Of a DNA stretch of 64,000 nucleotides, positions 47,578 through 56,339 are shown piece by piece. The translations under genes and the position numbers were made by a program. How positions within the stretch are numbered: the stretch's first letter is position 1; each line of letters begins with the position of its first letter. The DNA is from Actinomycetota bacterium (GTDB lineage Bacteria; Actinomycetota; AC-67), in the NCBI GenBank assembly GCA_040905475.1, contig JBBDRM010000100.1:26383-90382 (forward strand), given 5' to 3'. The notes under the pieces are model-generated. The model did no database searches, was not told the origin of the DNA, and saw only the letters and a list, made by a program, of their open reading frames with translations.

Positions 47578-47996
47578 GCGCGGTCCTTGCCCGCCAGCGT
47601 GAGCCGGACGGTTCCGGAGACATGCTCCCCGAGGCCGGTCGTGCCGCGGATCGAGACCTCGACGTCGTCCCCTTCGACGAGCGTGACATGGCCGGCGAGG
47701 CGCATCACGTCGCCGGGGTAGTTCGGGGAGCCGAGCCGGATGGCGACCTTGCGCAGGATGGCCTCGGGTCCGGCCCAGTCCGTGACGAAGCGTCCGACCA
47801 ATCCGTTGGTCGTCAGGATGTTCATGAAGATGTCGCCGGCCCCGCGCTGCCGCGCCAGCGCGGCGTCGTGGTGGACGTCCTGGAAGTCTCGCGACGCGAG
47901 CGCGCCCGCCACGATGAGGGTCGCGGTGATCGGGATCTCGCTCGCGGGAAGCTCGTCGCCGACCGTCACGTCGCTCGGGCTGAGCGTGCGCATCAC
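47574..47996 (-). CDS. MaoC-like (R)-hydratase hotdog protein (ChsH1-like)
   Basis: The 140-aa hotdog protein carries DFQDVHHDAALARQ. Confidence 0.8.
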   Translation of the reverse strand: MMRTLSPSDVTVGDELPASEIPITATLIVAGALASRDFQDVHHDAALARQRGAGDIFMNILTTNGLVGRFVTDWAGPEAILRKVAIRLGSPNYPGDVMRLAGHVTLVEGDDVEVSIRGTTGLGEHVSGTVRLTLAGKDRA

Positions 47997-49117
47997 CGCT
48001 CCCCTCCCGAAGCCATCCCGGCACCGAGCCGCGCGAGCTGCCGGCCGGCGCCGCCGAGCATCAGCTCGACATGTTTCGCGCCGAGCGTGTAGCGATGCAA
48101 CGGGTACTCCATGTCGACGCCGATCCCGCCGTGAAGGTGCTGCGCGGCGGCGAGCACGCGGTGTCCGCCGTCGGCCGCCCAGAACTTGGCGATCGCGACC
48201 TCATCCGTCGCCGGCAGCCCCTCGTCGAGGCGCCACGCGGCTTGCCACATCGTCCACCGCATCGCCTCCACGTCGATGTAGGCGTCGGCGGCCCGCTGCT
48301 GGACCGCTTGGAACTTCGCGAGCGGCCGCCCGAACTGCTCGCGGCCGGACAGGTACTCGGCCGTCATGTGCAGCGCGCGCTCGGCCATGCCGACCTGAAG
48401 CGCGCAGAGGCCGGTGAGCGCCGCGTCGTGGAGCCACCCGAGAGCGGCGGGGTCGGTTCCCGGCTCGACCAGGACGTCGTCCTCGGGCACCGAGGCGCCG
48501 TCGAGGGTGAGCATCGACAGGATCTCGCCGCTGGTTGCGGACTGCCGCTCGAGGGTCAGTCCCCCCGAGCGCGGGTCGAGCAGGAAGATCCCGACGCCGC
48601 CGTTCGACCGCGCGGGGACGAGGACCCGCTCGGCGAGATGTGCGGCGGGCACAGCGATCTTCGCGCCTTCGAGTCGCCACGCGTCGCCCTCCCAGGTCGC
48701 GGTCGTCGCCGGCCGTAGCGGGTCATCTGAGTCGGGCTCGGCGAGTGCGGCGGTTAGGACGGCGTCCCCGGAGACAACACGCGGCAGCAGCGAGGATCGA
48801 AGCGACGGCGACCCGTAGCGGGTGATCGTTCGCGCGCCGAGGACGAGGGCGGGCCACAGCGGCACGGACGCCGCCGCCGCGCCGGCTTGCTCGAGCAGAA
48901 GGCAGACCTCGGTGAGGCCGCCGCCGATCCCGCCGTGGTCTTCGGAGATGCCGACGCCGAGGAGGTTCGCGCGGGCGAGCTCGGCCCAAAGTGATCGGTC
49001 GAAGCGATCGGGATCGGCCTCGACCTGCTTCAGCCGGTCGGTCGTCGTGTGCGCGCCGAGGATCTGACGCGCGAGGTCCCGCAGCGCCTCCTGGTCCTCG
49101 CTGAAACCCAGATCCAC
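47993..49117 (-). CDS. Acyl-CoA dehydrogenase
   Basis: The ACAD family protein lacks the usual FAD-binding Arg pattern and may be a heteromeric-type subunit. Confidence 0.8.
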   Translation of the reverse strand: MDLGFSEDQEALRDLARQILGAHTTTDRLKQVEADPDRFDRSLWAELARANLLGVGISEDHGGIGGGLTEVCLLLEQAGAAAASVPLWPALVLGARTITRYGSPSLRSSLLPRVVSGDAVLTAALAEPDSDDPLRPATTATWEGDAWRLEGAKIAVPAAHLAERVLVPARSNGGVGIFLLDPRSGGLTLERQSATSGEILSMLTLDGASVPEDDVLVEPGTDPAALGWLHDAALTGLCALQVGMAERALHMTAEYLSGREQFGRPLAKFQAVQQRAADAYIDVEAMRWTMWQAAWRLDEGLPATDEVAIAKFWAADGGHRVLAAAQHLHGGIGVDMEYPLHRYTLGAKHVELMLGGAGRQLARLGAGMASGGER

Positions 49118-49120
49118 GGC

Positions 49121-50080
49121 TCAGCTCCTTTGCTTGAAGACCGGCAACGTGACCGCGTCGTCGATGGTGAGGAAGTCCAGCTCGACCGGCATGCCGATGC
49201 GCACCTCGCCGGGCTCTACCCCGACGATGCTCGTGACGATCCGCGTCCCTTCCTCCAGGGCCACGAGCGCGACGACGTAGGGCATCTCGAACCCCGGCAC
49301 CGGCGGATGGTGCACCACGACGTACGAGAAGACCTCTCCTCGGCCGCTCGCCCGGACCGCATCCCATTCGAACGAGCCGCAGGCGCCGCACATCGTCCGC
49401 GGCGGATGCCGGAGGGTATTGCACGCGGAGCAGCGCTGGATCAGGAGCTCCCGTCGCGCCGTGCCGTCCCAGAAGAACCGGGTGTCCTGGTTCATCGCCG
49501 GCCGCGGGCGCCGCCCGGTTCGCGGCGGGACGGCCGCGGCCTCCGGCCGGAACTTCAGGTAGCGCTGCATCATGCGCCCGACGACTTCGCCGGTCGCGTC
49601 GCAGCAGGTCGTCAGCGTCGTGAAGAAGTGGCCGGGCCCAAGACCGGTGCGCTTCTCCTCCGAGACCGACTCGATGATCGTGGTCGACGTGATGAGGTCG
49701 CCCGGCCGCAGGTAGCGGAGGTACTCCTGCTCGCAGTTCGTCGCCACGATCGAGGTGAATCCGGCCTCGTCCAGAGCCGCGATCAGCTCCGCCTGCGCGT
49801 TGTCGGGCGACGGCGGAGGCTTGAGACCTTTCATCGTCCAAACCTGCAGCATCGTCGGAGGCGCGACGATGCTGCCGTGGACCGACCATTTCGCGAACGT
49901 GGGATCGGTGTAGGAAGGATTGGCGTCACCGAGCGCCTCGCACCAATGGCGGATCATCGACTCGTTCACCGGGTCCGGCGAGGTGAACTGCGGCCCGGCC
50001 CGCCGCCCGACGAAGGACCGCAGCCGCTCGACGAGATCCTCGCGCTCGGACTCGGTGCGGCGGTCCGCGGTCTTGCTCAC
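49121..50080 (-). CDS. MaoC-like hotdog fused to a DUF35 OB-fold/Zn-ribbon domain (ChsH2-like)
   Basis: The N-terminal hotdog is followed by the C-terminal Zn ribbon CSACNTLRHPPRTMCGACGS and an OB fold. Confidence 0.7.
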   Translation of the reverse strand: MSKTADRRTESEREDLVERLRSFVGRRAGPQFTSPDPVNESMIRHWCEALGDANPSYTDPTFAKWSVHGSIVAPPTMLQVWTMKGLKPPPSPDNAQAELIAALDEAGFTSIVATNCEQEYLRYLRPGDLITSTTIIESVSEEKRTGLGPGHFFTTLTTCCDATGEVVGRMMQRYLKFRPEAAAVPPRTGRRPRPAMNQDTRFFWDGTARRELLIQRCSACNTLRHPPRTMCGACGSFEWDAVRASGRGEVFSYVVVHHPPVPGFEMPYVVALVALEEGTRIVTSIVGVEPGEVRIGMPVELDFLTIDDAVTLPVFKQRS

Positions 50081-51258
50081 CGGCCGCTCCTCGGCATCCC
50101 GAGCCCGGCGGTCGCGATGATGTCGCGCTGGACCTCGTTGACGCCGCCGCCGAACGTAACGACGTATGCCCAGCGGTACATGATCTCGACGCGGCCGCCC
50201 AGCACCGCGCCCGGAGAACCGTGACGGATCTCGCCCGCTTCGCCCAGGACCTCCATGAGGCTGCGATAGACCTCGACGAACAGCTCTGTGCCGTAGACCT
50301 TGACGACCGACGCGTCGGCCGCGTTAAGGATCCCTTTCGTCAGCTCCCAGGCGAGACGCCAGTTCAGCAGCTTCAAGGCCTCGAGCCGAGCGCGCGTTCG
50401 GGCGAGCGTCATCTGCACCCAGGGGCGGTCGATGATGCGGCCGCCGTCGGACGCGGTGGTCTGGGCCGCCCACGCGAGCACGTCGTCGAGGAGCTGCTCG
50501 GCCTTGCCCGAGCATGCCAGCGCGACGCGCTCGTGGTTGAGCTGCGTGGTGATGAGCCCCCACCCCTCGTTCTCGCCGCCGACGATCGCGTCGGCCGTGG
50601 CGCGCACGTCCTCGAAATAGACGGCGTTCGTCCGCCCGTAGTCGATGGTCTCGATCGGGGTCATCTTCACTCCGTCGTGTGACGTCGGGACGATGAAGAT
50701 CGTGAGGCCCTTGTGCTTCGGAGCCTCTGTGTCGGTGCGCGCGGCGAGCCATATGTAGTCCGAGTCGTGCGCGCCCGTCGTGAAGATCTTCTGGCCGTTG
50801 ATCACGTAGCCGGTGCCGTCCTTGACCGCGCGGGTACGGAGCGACGCAAGGTCGGTTCCCGCGCCCGGCTCCGTGTAGCCGATCGCGAAATGCATCTCAC
50901 CGCGAAGGATCGGCCGGAGGAAGCGCTGCTTCTGCTCCTCGGTGCCGTACTGGATCAGCGTGGGGCCGACGGTGTTTAGGGTTACGAACGGGAACGGCAT
51001 GTCGGCGCGGCGGCACTCGTCGATGAAGAGCTGGTGCTCGATGAACGAGCGACCTTGCCCTCCGTACTCCTTCGGCCATCCGAGGCCGAGCCAGCCGTCC
51101 TCCCCCATCTGCCGGACGACGCGGCGGTAGGCGGGCCCCATCTGCTCGCCGGCGCGCGGGCCCAGCTCCGCGCGAAGCTCCGGCGTCAGGACCTTCGCGA
51201 AGTACGCACGGAGCTCGTCGCGCAGCGCGATCTGCTCGTCGGAATAGGCGACGCGCAC
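50077..51258 (-). CDS. Acyl-CoA dehydrogenase
   Basis: The sequence IGYTEPGAGTDLASLRTRAV...NGQKIFTT is present. Confidence 0.85.
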   Translation of the reverse strand: MRVAYSDEQIALRDELRAYFAKVLTPELRAELGPRAGEQMGPAYRRVVRQMGEDGWLGLGWPKEYGGQGRSFIEHQLFIDECRRADMPFPFVTLNTVGPTLIQYGTEEQKQRFLRPILRGEMHFAIGYTEPGAGTDLASLRTRAVKDGTGYVINGQKIFTTGAHDSDYIWLAARTDTEAPKHKGLTIFIVPTSHDGVKMTPIETIDYGRTNAVYFEDVRATADAIVGGENEGWGLITTQLNHERVALACSGKAEQLLDDVLAWAAQTTASDGGRIIDRPWVQMTLARTRARLEALKLLNWRLAWELTKGILNAADASVVKVYGTELFVEVYRSLMEVLGEAGEIRHGSPGAVLGGRVEIMYRWAYVVTFGGGVNEVQRDIIATAGLGMPRSGR

Positions 51259-51264
51259 GTCCGG

Positions 51265-52044
51265 CTACCCAAATCGGGGCACGTGTCCGCCCCACCCCAC
51301 GAAGGACGTCGCGCCGCCGTCGACGACGAACTCGGCGCCGGTGCAGTAAGAGCTTTCGTCGGACGCGAGGAACAAGACCATGTTCACGATGTCGTCGGGG
51401 ACCCCTGCGCGACGGAGCGGGATACCCGACTCGAACAGCTTGTCGACGTCGATGTCTTGCAGGCCCTGCGCGCGGGTCATCGGCGTATCGATGAAGCCCG
51501 GGTGGACGGAATTGACGCGGATCTTGTGCCGGCCGAGCTCCACCGCGGCGGACTTGCTCATCCCGCGGACGGCGAACTTGCTGGCCGTGTATGCGGTGAG
51601 ACGCGGAAGGCCGCGCAATCCCTCGACCGAGGAGATGTTGATGATCGAGCCGCCGCCGGCGCGCTTCATGGCCGGCACGGCCGCCTTCATGCCGAGGAAC
51701 ACGCCGACCTGGTTCACGTTGATGATCTGCATGTAGTCCTCGAGGGTCGAGTCCTCGAGCTTGCCGAACTTGAGGATGCCGGCGTTGTTGAGCAGGACGT
51801 CGAGGCGGCCGAACGACTGCTCGGCGTCCTTGACGGCCGAAACCCAGTCGTCCTCCTTCGTAACGTCGAGATGGGTGTAGATCGCGGCGTTGCCCAGCTC
51901 CTGGGCGAGCGCCTTGCCCTCGTCGTCGAGGATGTCCCCGAGCGCGACCCGGGCACCCTCGGCGACGAACCGGCGAGCAGCGGTGGCGCCCTGGCCACGC
52001 GAGCCACCGGAGATCAGCGCGACCTTGCCGTCGAGCCGTCCCAC
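51265..52044 (-). CDS. SDR-family oxidoreductase (3-hydroxyacyl-CoA / hydroxysteroid dehydrogenase-like)
   Basis: The sequence GKVALISGGSRGQG ... NNAG ... YTASK is present. Confidence 0.85.
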   Translation of the reverse strand: MGRLDGKVALISGGSRGQGATAARRFVAEGARVALGDILDDEGKALAQELGNAAIYTHLDVTKEDDWVSAVKDAEQSFGRLDVLLNNAGILKFGKLEDSTLEDYMQIINVNQVGVFLGMKAAVPAMKRAGGGSIINISSVEGLRGLPRLTAYTASKFAVRGMSKSAAVELGRHKIRVNSVHPGFIDTPMTRAQGLQDIDVDKLFESGIPLRRAGVPDDIVNMVLFLASDESSYCTGAEFVVDGGATSFVGWGGHVPRFG

Positions 52045-52055
52045 AGCTTGTCCTT

Positions 52056-53162
52056 TCAGATCCCGAGCCGGGTTGCCAGCAGCTCCCGATGGTAGACGGG
52101 GTCGCCGAACAGCAGTTCGGAGGACTTCGCACGCTTGAAGTACAGATGCGCGTCGTGCTCCCAGGTGAATCCGATGCCGCCGTGGACCTGGATGTTCTCC
52201 GAGGCGGCGAAGAAGTAGGCGTCCGAGGCGACCGCCTTGGCGAGCGGCGCGCTCAGACGGAGCTCGTCGTCATCCTTGGCCGCGACCCACATCGCGTAGT
52301 AGGCGGCGGTCTTCGCCGACTCGATCTGGAGGAGCATGTCGGCGCACTTGTGCTTGATCGCCTGGAATTGGCCGATGGGGCGACCGAACTGAACCCGGTT
52401 CTTCGCGTAGTCGACGGCCATGTCGAGGCAGCGCTGCGCGCCGCCGACGATCTCGGCCGCGATGCAGACGGAGATGTGGTCGAGCAGCTTGTCGAGCGAC
52501 GCGGGGATGTCCCCAAGCGCGGTTCCGCGCACGTTCTGGAGCTCCAGGCTGGCCTGCTTCCGGGTCTGGTCGAGTGTCGGCAGCGCCTCGCGGGTCAGCC
52601 CGCCCGCGTCGCCGGGGACGACGAACAGGCCGACGCCCTCGGGCGCCCTGGCGGCGACGATCAGCAGGGAAGCGATCCCGCCGTCGACCACGAAGCGTTT
52701 CGTGCCGTTCAGGATCCAGTCGGAGCCTTCTTTGCGCGCGGTCGAGGAGACGCCGGTCGCGTCCCAACGGCCGTTGGGCTCGGCGAACGCGAGCGCGGCG
52801 ATCGTCTCGCCGGACGCGATACCGGGCAGCAACTCCTTGCGTTGCGCGTCGGAGCCGAGATCGAGGATCGCGTTGCCGGCCAGGCACACGCTCGACAGGA
52901 ACGGCGCGGCGAGCAGCGACCGGCCCATCTCCTCGAGCACGATCCCGAGCTCGACGAACGAGAAGCCCTGTCCCCCGTACTCCTCGGGGATGTGGAGGCC
53001 CTGCAGGCCGAGCTCGGCGGCCATCTGCTTCCAGACAGACTCGTCGTAACCGCCGGGCGTCTCCATGAGGCGGCGGACTTCGGTCGTCGGCGACTTGTCC
53101 TCGAGGAAGCGCCGCATCGTTCGGCGAAGCTCTTCCTGCTCGTCGGTGAAGGTGAAATTCAT
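52056..53162 (-). CDS. Acyl-CoA dehydrogenase
   Basis: The start MNFTFTDEQEELRR is at 53160-53162. The ACAD fold is present. Confidence 0.85.
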   Translation of the reverse strand: MNFTFTDEQEELRRTMRRFLEDKSPTTEVRRLMETPGGYDESVWKQMAAELGLQGLHIPEEYGGQGFSFVELGIVLEEMGRSLLAAPFLSSVCLAGNAILDLGSDAQRKELLPGIASGETIAALAFAEPNGRWDATGVSSTARKEGSDWILNGTKRFVVDGGIASLLIVAARAPEGVGLFVVPGDAGGLTREALPTLDQTRKQASLELQNVRGTALGDIPASLDKLLDHISVCIAAEIVGGAQRCLDMAVDYAKNRVQFGRPIGQFQAIKHKCADMLLQIESAKTAAYYAMWVAAKDDDELRLSAPLAKAVASDAYFFAASENIQVHGGIGFTWEHDAHLYFKRAKSSELLFGDPVYHRELLATRLGI

Positions 53163-53166
53163 ATGG

Positions 53167-54321
53167 TTACGGCCTTTCGCTCGAGACCATCCACATCGCG
53201 AAGAACTGCGAGCCACCACCGTACGCGTGACCGAGGGCGAGGCGCGCGCCGTCCACCTGATGCTCGCCGGCCTGGCCGCGGACCTGCATCGCAGCTTCGG
53301 CGAAGCGGAGCATGCCGGACGCGCCGATCGGGTTCGACGAGAGCACGCCGCCGGACGGGTTGATCGGCAGGTCGCCGTCCAGAGCGGTCACGCCCTTGTC
53401 GGTGAGCTGCCACCCGGTCCCTTCATCGGCGAAGCCGAGGTTCTCGAGCCACATCGGTTCGAACCACGAGAACGGAACGTAGACCTCGGCGAGGTCGATC
53501 TGGCCGCGAGGGTCGGTGATCCCGGCCTGCGCGTAGACGTCGGCGGCGCAATCCCGGCCGGCGCGCGGGTTGACCTCGTCTCGCCCGGCCATCCCGAGCG
53601 GCTCGCTGCGCACGGCCGTCCCGCGCACCCAGGCCGCCGGGTTCTTGCCGGTGGCCGCGTACCGCTCGCTGGTGAGCACCATCGCGCATGCGCCGTCCGA
53701 GGACGGGCAGCACTCGAGGAAGCGGATCGGATCCCATAGCATCGGCGACTCGGCGACCTTCTCGAACGAGATGTCGGGGATCCGGAGGTGCGCGTAGGGG
53801 TTGCGCATGCCGTTCACGCGGTCCTTGACGGCGACCTCGATCCCGATGTGGTCGGGGGCCTTCGCACGGCGGATGTACTCGCGGATGTGCGGCGCGAAGT
53901 AGCCGCCGGCTCCGGCGACGAGCGTCGGCTGGAACGGGATCTTCGGCGCGAGGGCCCACATCGCGTTGGACTCGGACTGCTTCTCGAACGCGACCGTGAG
54001 GACCCGCTCGTAGAGACCCGACGCGACGTGGTGCGCGGCAACGACCGCGGTCGACCCGCCGACGCTGCCGGCCGTGTGGACGCGGAGCAGCGGCTTTCCG
54101 ACGGCGCCGAGCGCGTCGGCCAGGTAGAGCTCGGGCATCATGACGCCCTCGAACATGTCCGGCGCCTTTCCGACGACGACCGCGTCGATGTCGGACCAGC
54201 CCATGTTGGCGTCGTCGAGCGCGCGGGTGGCAGCCTCGCGCACGAGCCCGGCGATCGAAAGGTCCTCGCGCGCGGTGTCGTGCTTCGTCTGGCCGATCCC
54301 GACGATCGCGGTGCGCTCCAT
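53167..54321 (-). CDS. Thiolase-like protein (SCP-x/Ltp type; active-site Cys position appears occupied by Ser/Thr)
   Basis: The sequence MERTAIVGIGQTKHD...RVHTAGSVGGSTAVV is present. The track ORF is over-extended. Confidence 0.75.
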   Translation of the reverse strand: MERTAIVGIGQTKHDTAREDLSIAGLVREAATRALDDANMGWSDIDAVVVGKAPDMFEGVMMPELYLADALGAVGKPLLRVHTAGSVGGSTAVVAAHHVASGLYERVLTVAFEKQSESNAMWALAPKIPFQPTLVAGAGGYFAPHIREYIRRAKAPDHIGIEVAVKDRVNGMRNPYAHLRIPDISFEKVAESPMLWDPIRFLECCPSSDGACAMVLTSERYAATGKNPAAWVRGTAVRSEPLGMAGRDEVNPRAGRDCAADVYAQAGITDPRGQIDLAEVYVPFSWFEPMWLENLGFADEGTGWQLTDKGVTALDGDLPINPSGGVLSSNPIGASGMLRFAEAAMQVRGQAGEHQVDGARLALGHAYGGGSQFFAMWMVSSERP

Positions 54322-54323
54322 CG

Positions 54324-55385
54324 CTACTCGCCCTCCAGGACGCAGATCAGATTTTGCTGCAGGCACGGGCCGGAGGTCGCGTGAGCGAGCGCGCGGTTCG
54401 CTTCGCCGTTCGAGATCCGCGTCGCCGCCTCGCCGATCCGGATCAGCCCGGCGGCCATGATCGGGTTCGCCGCGAGCGCGCCGCCGGAGGGGTTGATCTT
54501 GGTTCCGTTCGGCTTCGCGAGCCCGAGCGCGTCGCGCAGGATCAGCTCTTGGTGGGTGAACGGCGCGTAGAGCTCGGCGACGTCGATCTCTCCTTCGAGC
54601 GCGCCGGCCACCTCCGCGGCCTTGCGGGTCGAGGGGGAGCGGGTCAGGTCGCGCACGCCCGGATAATGCGGCTCGATGCGGTGGTCGATGCCGCGGATCC
54701 ACGCGGGTCGATTCGAGACCTTCCGCGCCAGGTCCCCCGCGGCGAGCACGACCGCCGCGGCTCCGTCTGAGATCGGCGCGCAGTCGTGTTTGCGGAGCGG
54801 CGACACGATGTAGGGATCGGCCAGGATCTGCTCGGCGTCGAAGTCGCCGGTCACTTGCGCGTTCGGGTTGGCCTTCGCGTCGCGGCGGCTACGCGCGGCC
54901 ACCTCGGCCATCTCTCGCTCGGTGTGGTCGGTCGACTCGAGCAGCGCGCGGGCCTGCAGCGCGGCGAGCGAGATCGCGTCGGGCCAGAGCGGCGCGAGGT
55001 AGTACGGGTCGAGCTGTCGGGTCAACACGTCGCGCACCTGCCCCGGGGAGGACTTTCCGAAGCCGTAGACGAGCGCGGAGTCGATCACGCCTTCTTGCAA
55101 TAGCACCCACGCCTCGTACAGCGCCCACGCGCCGTCGGCCTCCACGTGTGACTCGCGGACGGGCGGCCAGGCGCCGATCGCCTCGAGGCCGTACACGAAC
55201 GCGAACGGCTGACCGGCGAGGTAGTCGGCCGAGCCCGAGCACGTGAAGCCGATCTCCTTCGATGGGATCCCCGAGTCGGCGACGGCTTTCTGGATCACCG
55301 GCATCAAGATCTCGACCTCGTTCTGGACGGCGTTGTTCCGCACGCTCGTCGATTGCGCGAAGGACACCACGGCGACGTCACGCAT
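54324..55385 (-). CDS. Thiolase-like protein
   Basis: The sequence MRDVAVVSFAQ...FTCSGSADYLAG is present on a thiolase fold. Confidence 0.75.
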   Translation of the reverse strand: MRDVAVVSFAQSTSVRNNAVQNEVEILMPVIQKAVADSGIPSKEIGFTCSGSADYLAGQPFAFVYGLEAIGAWPPVRESHVEADGAWALYEAWVLLQEGVIDSALVYGFGKSSPGQVRDVLTRQLDPYYLAPLWPDAISLAALQARALLESTDHTEREMAEVAARSRRDAKANPNAQVTGDFDAEQILADPYIVSPLRKHDCAPISDGAAAVVLAAGDLARKVSNRPAWIRGIDHRIEPHYPGVRDLTRSPSTRKAAEVAGALEGEIDVAELYAPFTHQELILRDALGLAKPNGTKINPSGGALAANPIMAAGLIRIGEAATRISNGEANRALAHATSGPCLQQNLICVLEGE

Positions 55386-55881
55386 CGGCGCGCATCCTCT
55401 TCAGCACGTCGTCGATCGGCGCGTCGGGCTCTCCGGTCGGGCGCCAGTAGCGGATCGAGTCCCCCGTCGGTCCCCGTTCGGCGTCGGGCACCCAGACCGC
55501 CTCGACGCGCATCCCCATGCGGACGTCGGCCGCCTGGACCTCCTGCAGCAAGGCCGTCAGCGGGATGTCGGCGCCGTCGAGCAGGATGGCGGCGGTCGTG
55601 TAGGGGATCTCGACGGTCGAGCCGGCGAACGGCACGTTGACGACGCAGAAGGTCGTGACGGTCCCGACGTGCGGGAGCTCCACGACTTCGGTCATCGGGA
55701 TGCCGTCGCGCGGGCACGCCCCGCTGCCGCCGCCCACGTACACCTTGTGGCAGCGCTCGCAGCGCTCGCCGAGGATGCGGCCCTCCGCGAGGCCGTTCAA
55801 GAATCGCGACCGCGCGACGCCGGGGGTGTAGTTGTACTCGAGCCGGATCGGCGTCTGGATGATCTCGACCGGATCGGACAT
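55378..55881 (-). CDS. DUF35 OB-fold/Zn-ribbon protein (thiolase partner)
   Basis: The sequence MSDPVEIIQTPIRLEYNYTPG...CERCHKVYVGGGSGAC is present. The start overlaps the stop of the next gene (ATGA). Confidence 0.7.
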   Translation of the reverse strand: MSDPVEIIQTPIRLEYNYTPGVARSRFLNGLAEGRILGERCERCHKVYVGGGSGACPRDGIPMTEVVELPHVGTVTTFCVVNVPFAGSTVEIPYTTAAILLDGADIPLTALLQEVQAADVRMGMRVEAVWVPDAERGPTGDSIRYWRPTGEPDAPIDDVLKRMRADA

Positions 55882-56336
55882 CACGCCTCCGGCTCGAAGC
55901 ATTCGATGTCGAGGATGTGGCCGGTGCGCTCCTCGCGCCAGCGCGGTTTCACGCGCATCCCGGTCGTCATCTTCGTCTCGTCGCCGGCGTCCACCGCGTG
56001 CAACAGCGCCGTGTCGGCGCCGTCGAGGCGGATCAGCGCCCACGCGAACGCCTTCTGCAACGGATTGTTGGGGCGCGGCTCGGCGATCCAGGCCCACGTC
56101 GTCACGACGCCGGACGGGCCGACCGCCACGAACTCACTGAGCTCGGCGGCGGTCTGCGGGTCGTACTCGACCGGCGGGACGATCACGCGGCCGTCGCTCC
56201 CGCGGATGCCCTCGAGCTTCTTGTCGCGCAGGCCGGTCAGGAACCGACCGATCACCCGGCCGACGCTTCGCTTGTACGGATACTCGAGGACGTGGAGCGC
56301 CGTGAGGACCTTGGTGTCGCCCGCCCCCGCTCTCAT
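55881..56336 (-). CDS. DUF35-like OB-fold protein (no Zn ribbon)
   Basis: The 151-aa protein resembles the C-terminal OB part of DUF35 proteins. Confidence 0.55.
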   Translation of the reverse strand: MRAGAGDTKVLTALHVLEYPYKRSVGRVIGRFLTGLRDKKLEGIRGSDGRVIVPPVEYDPQTAAELSEFVAVGPSGVVTTWAWIAEPRPNNPLQKAFAWALIRLDGADTALLHAVDAGDETKMTTGMRVKPRWREERTGHILDIECFEPEA

Positions 56337-56339
56337 GGC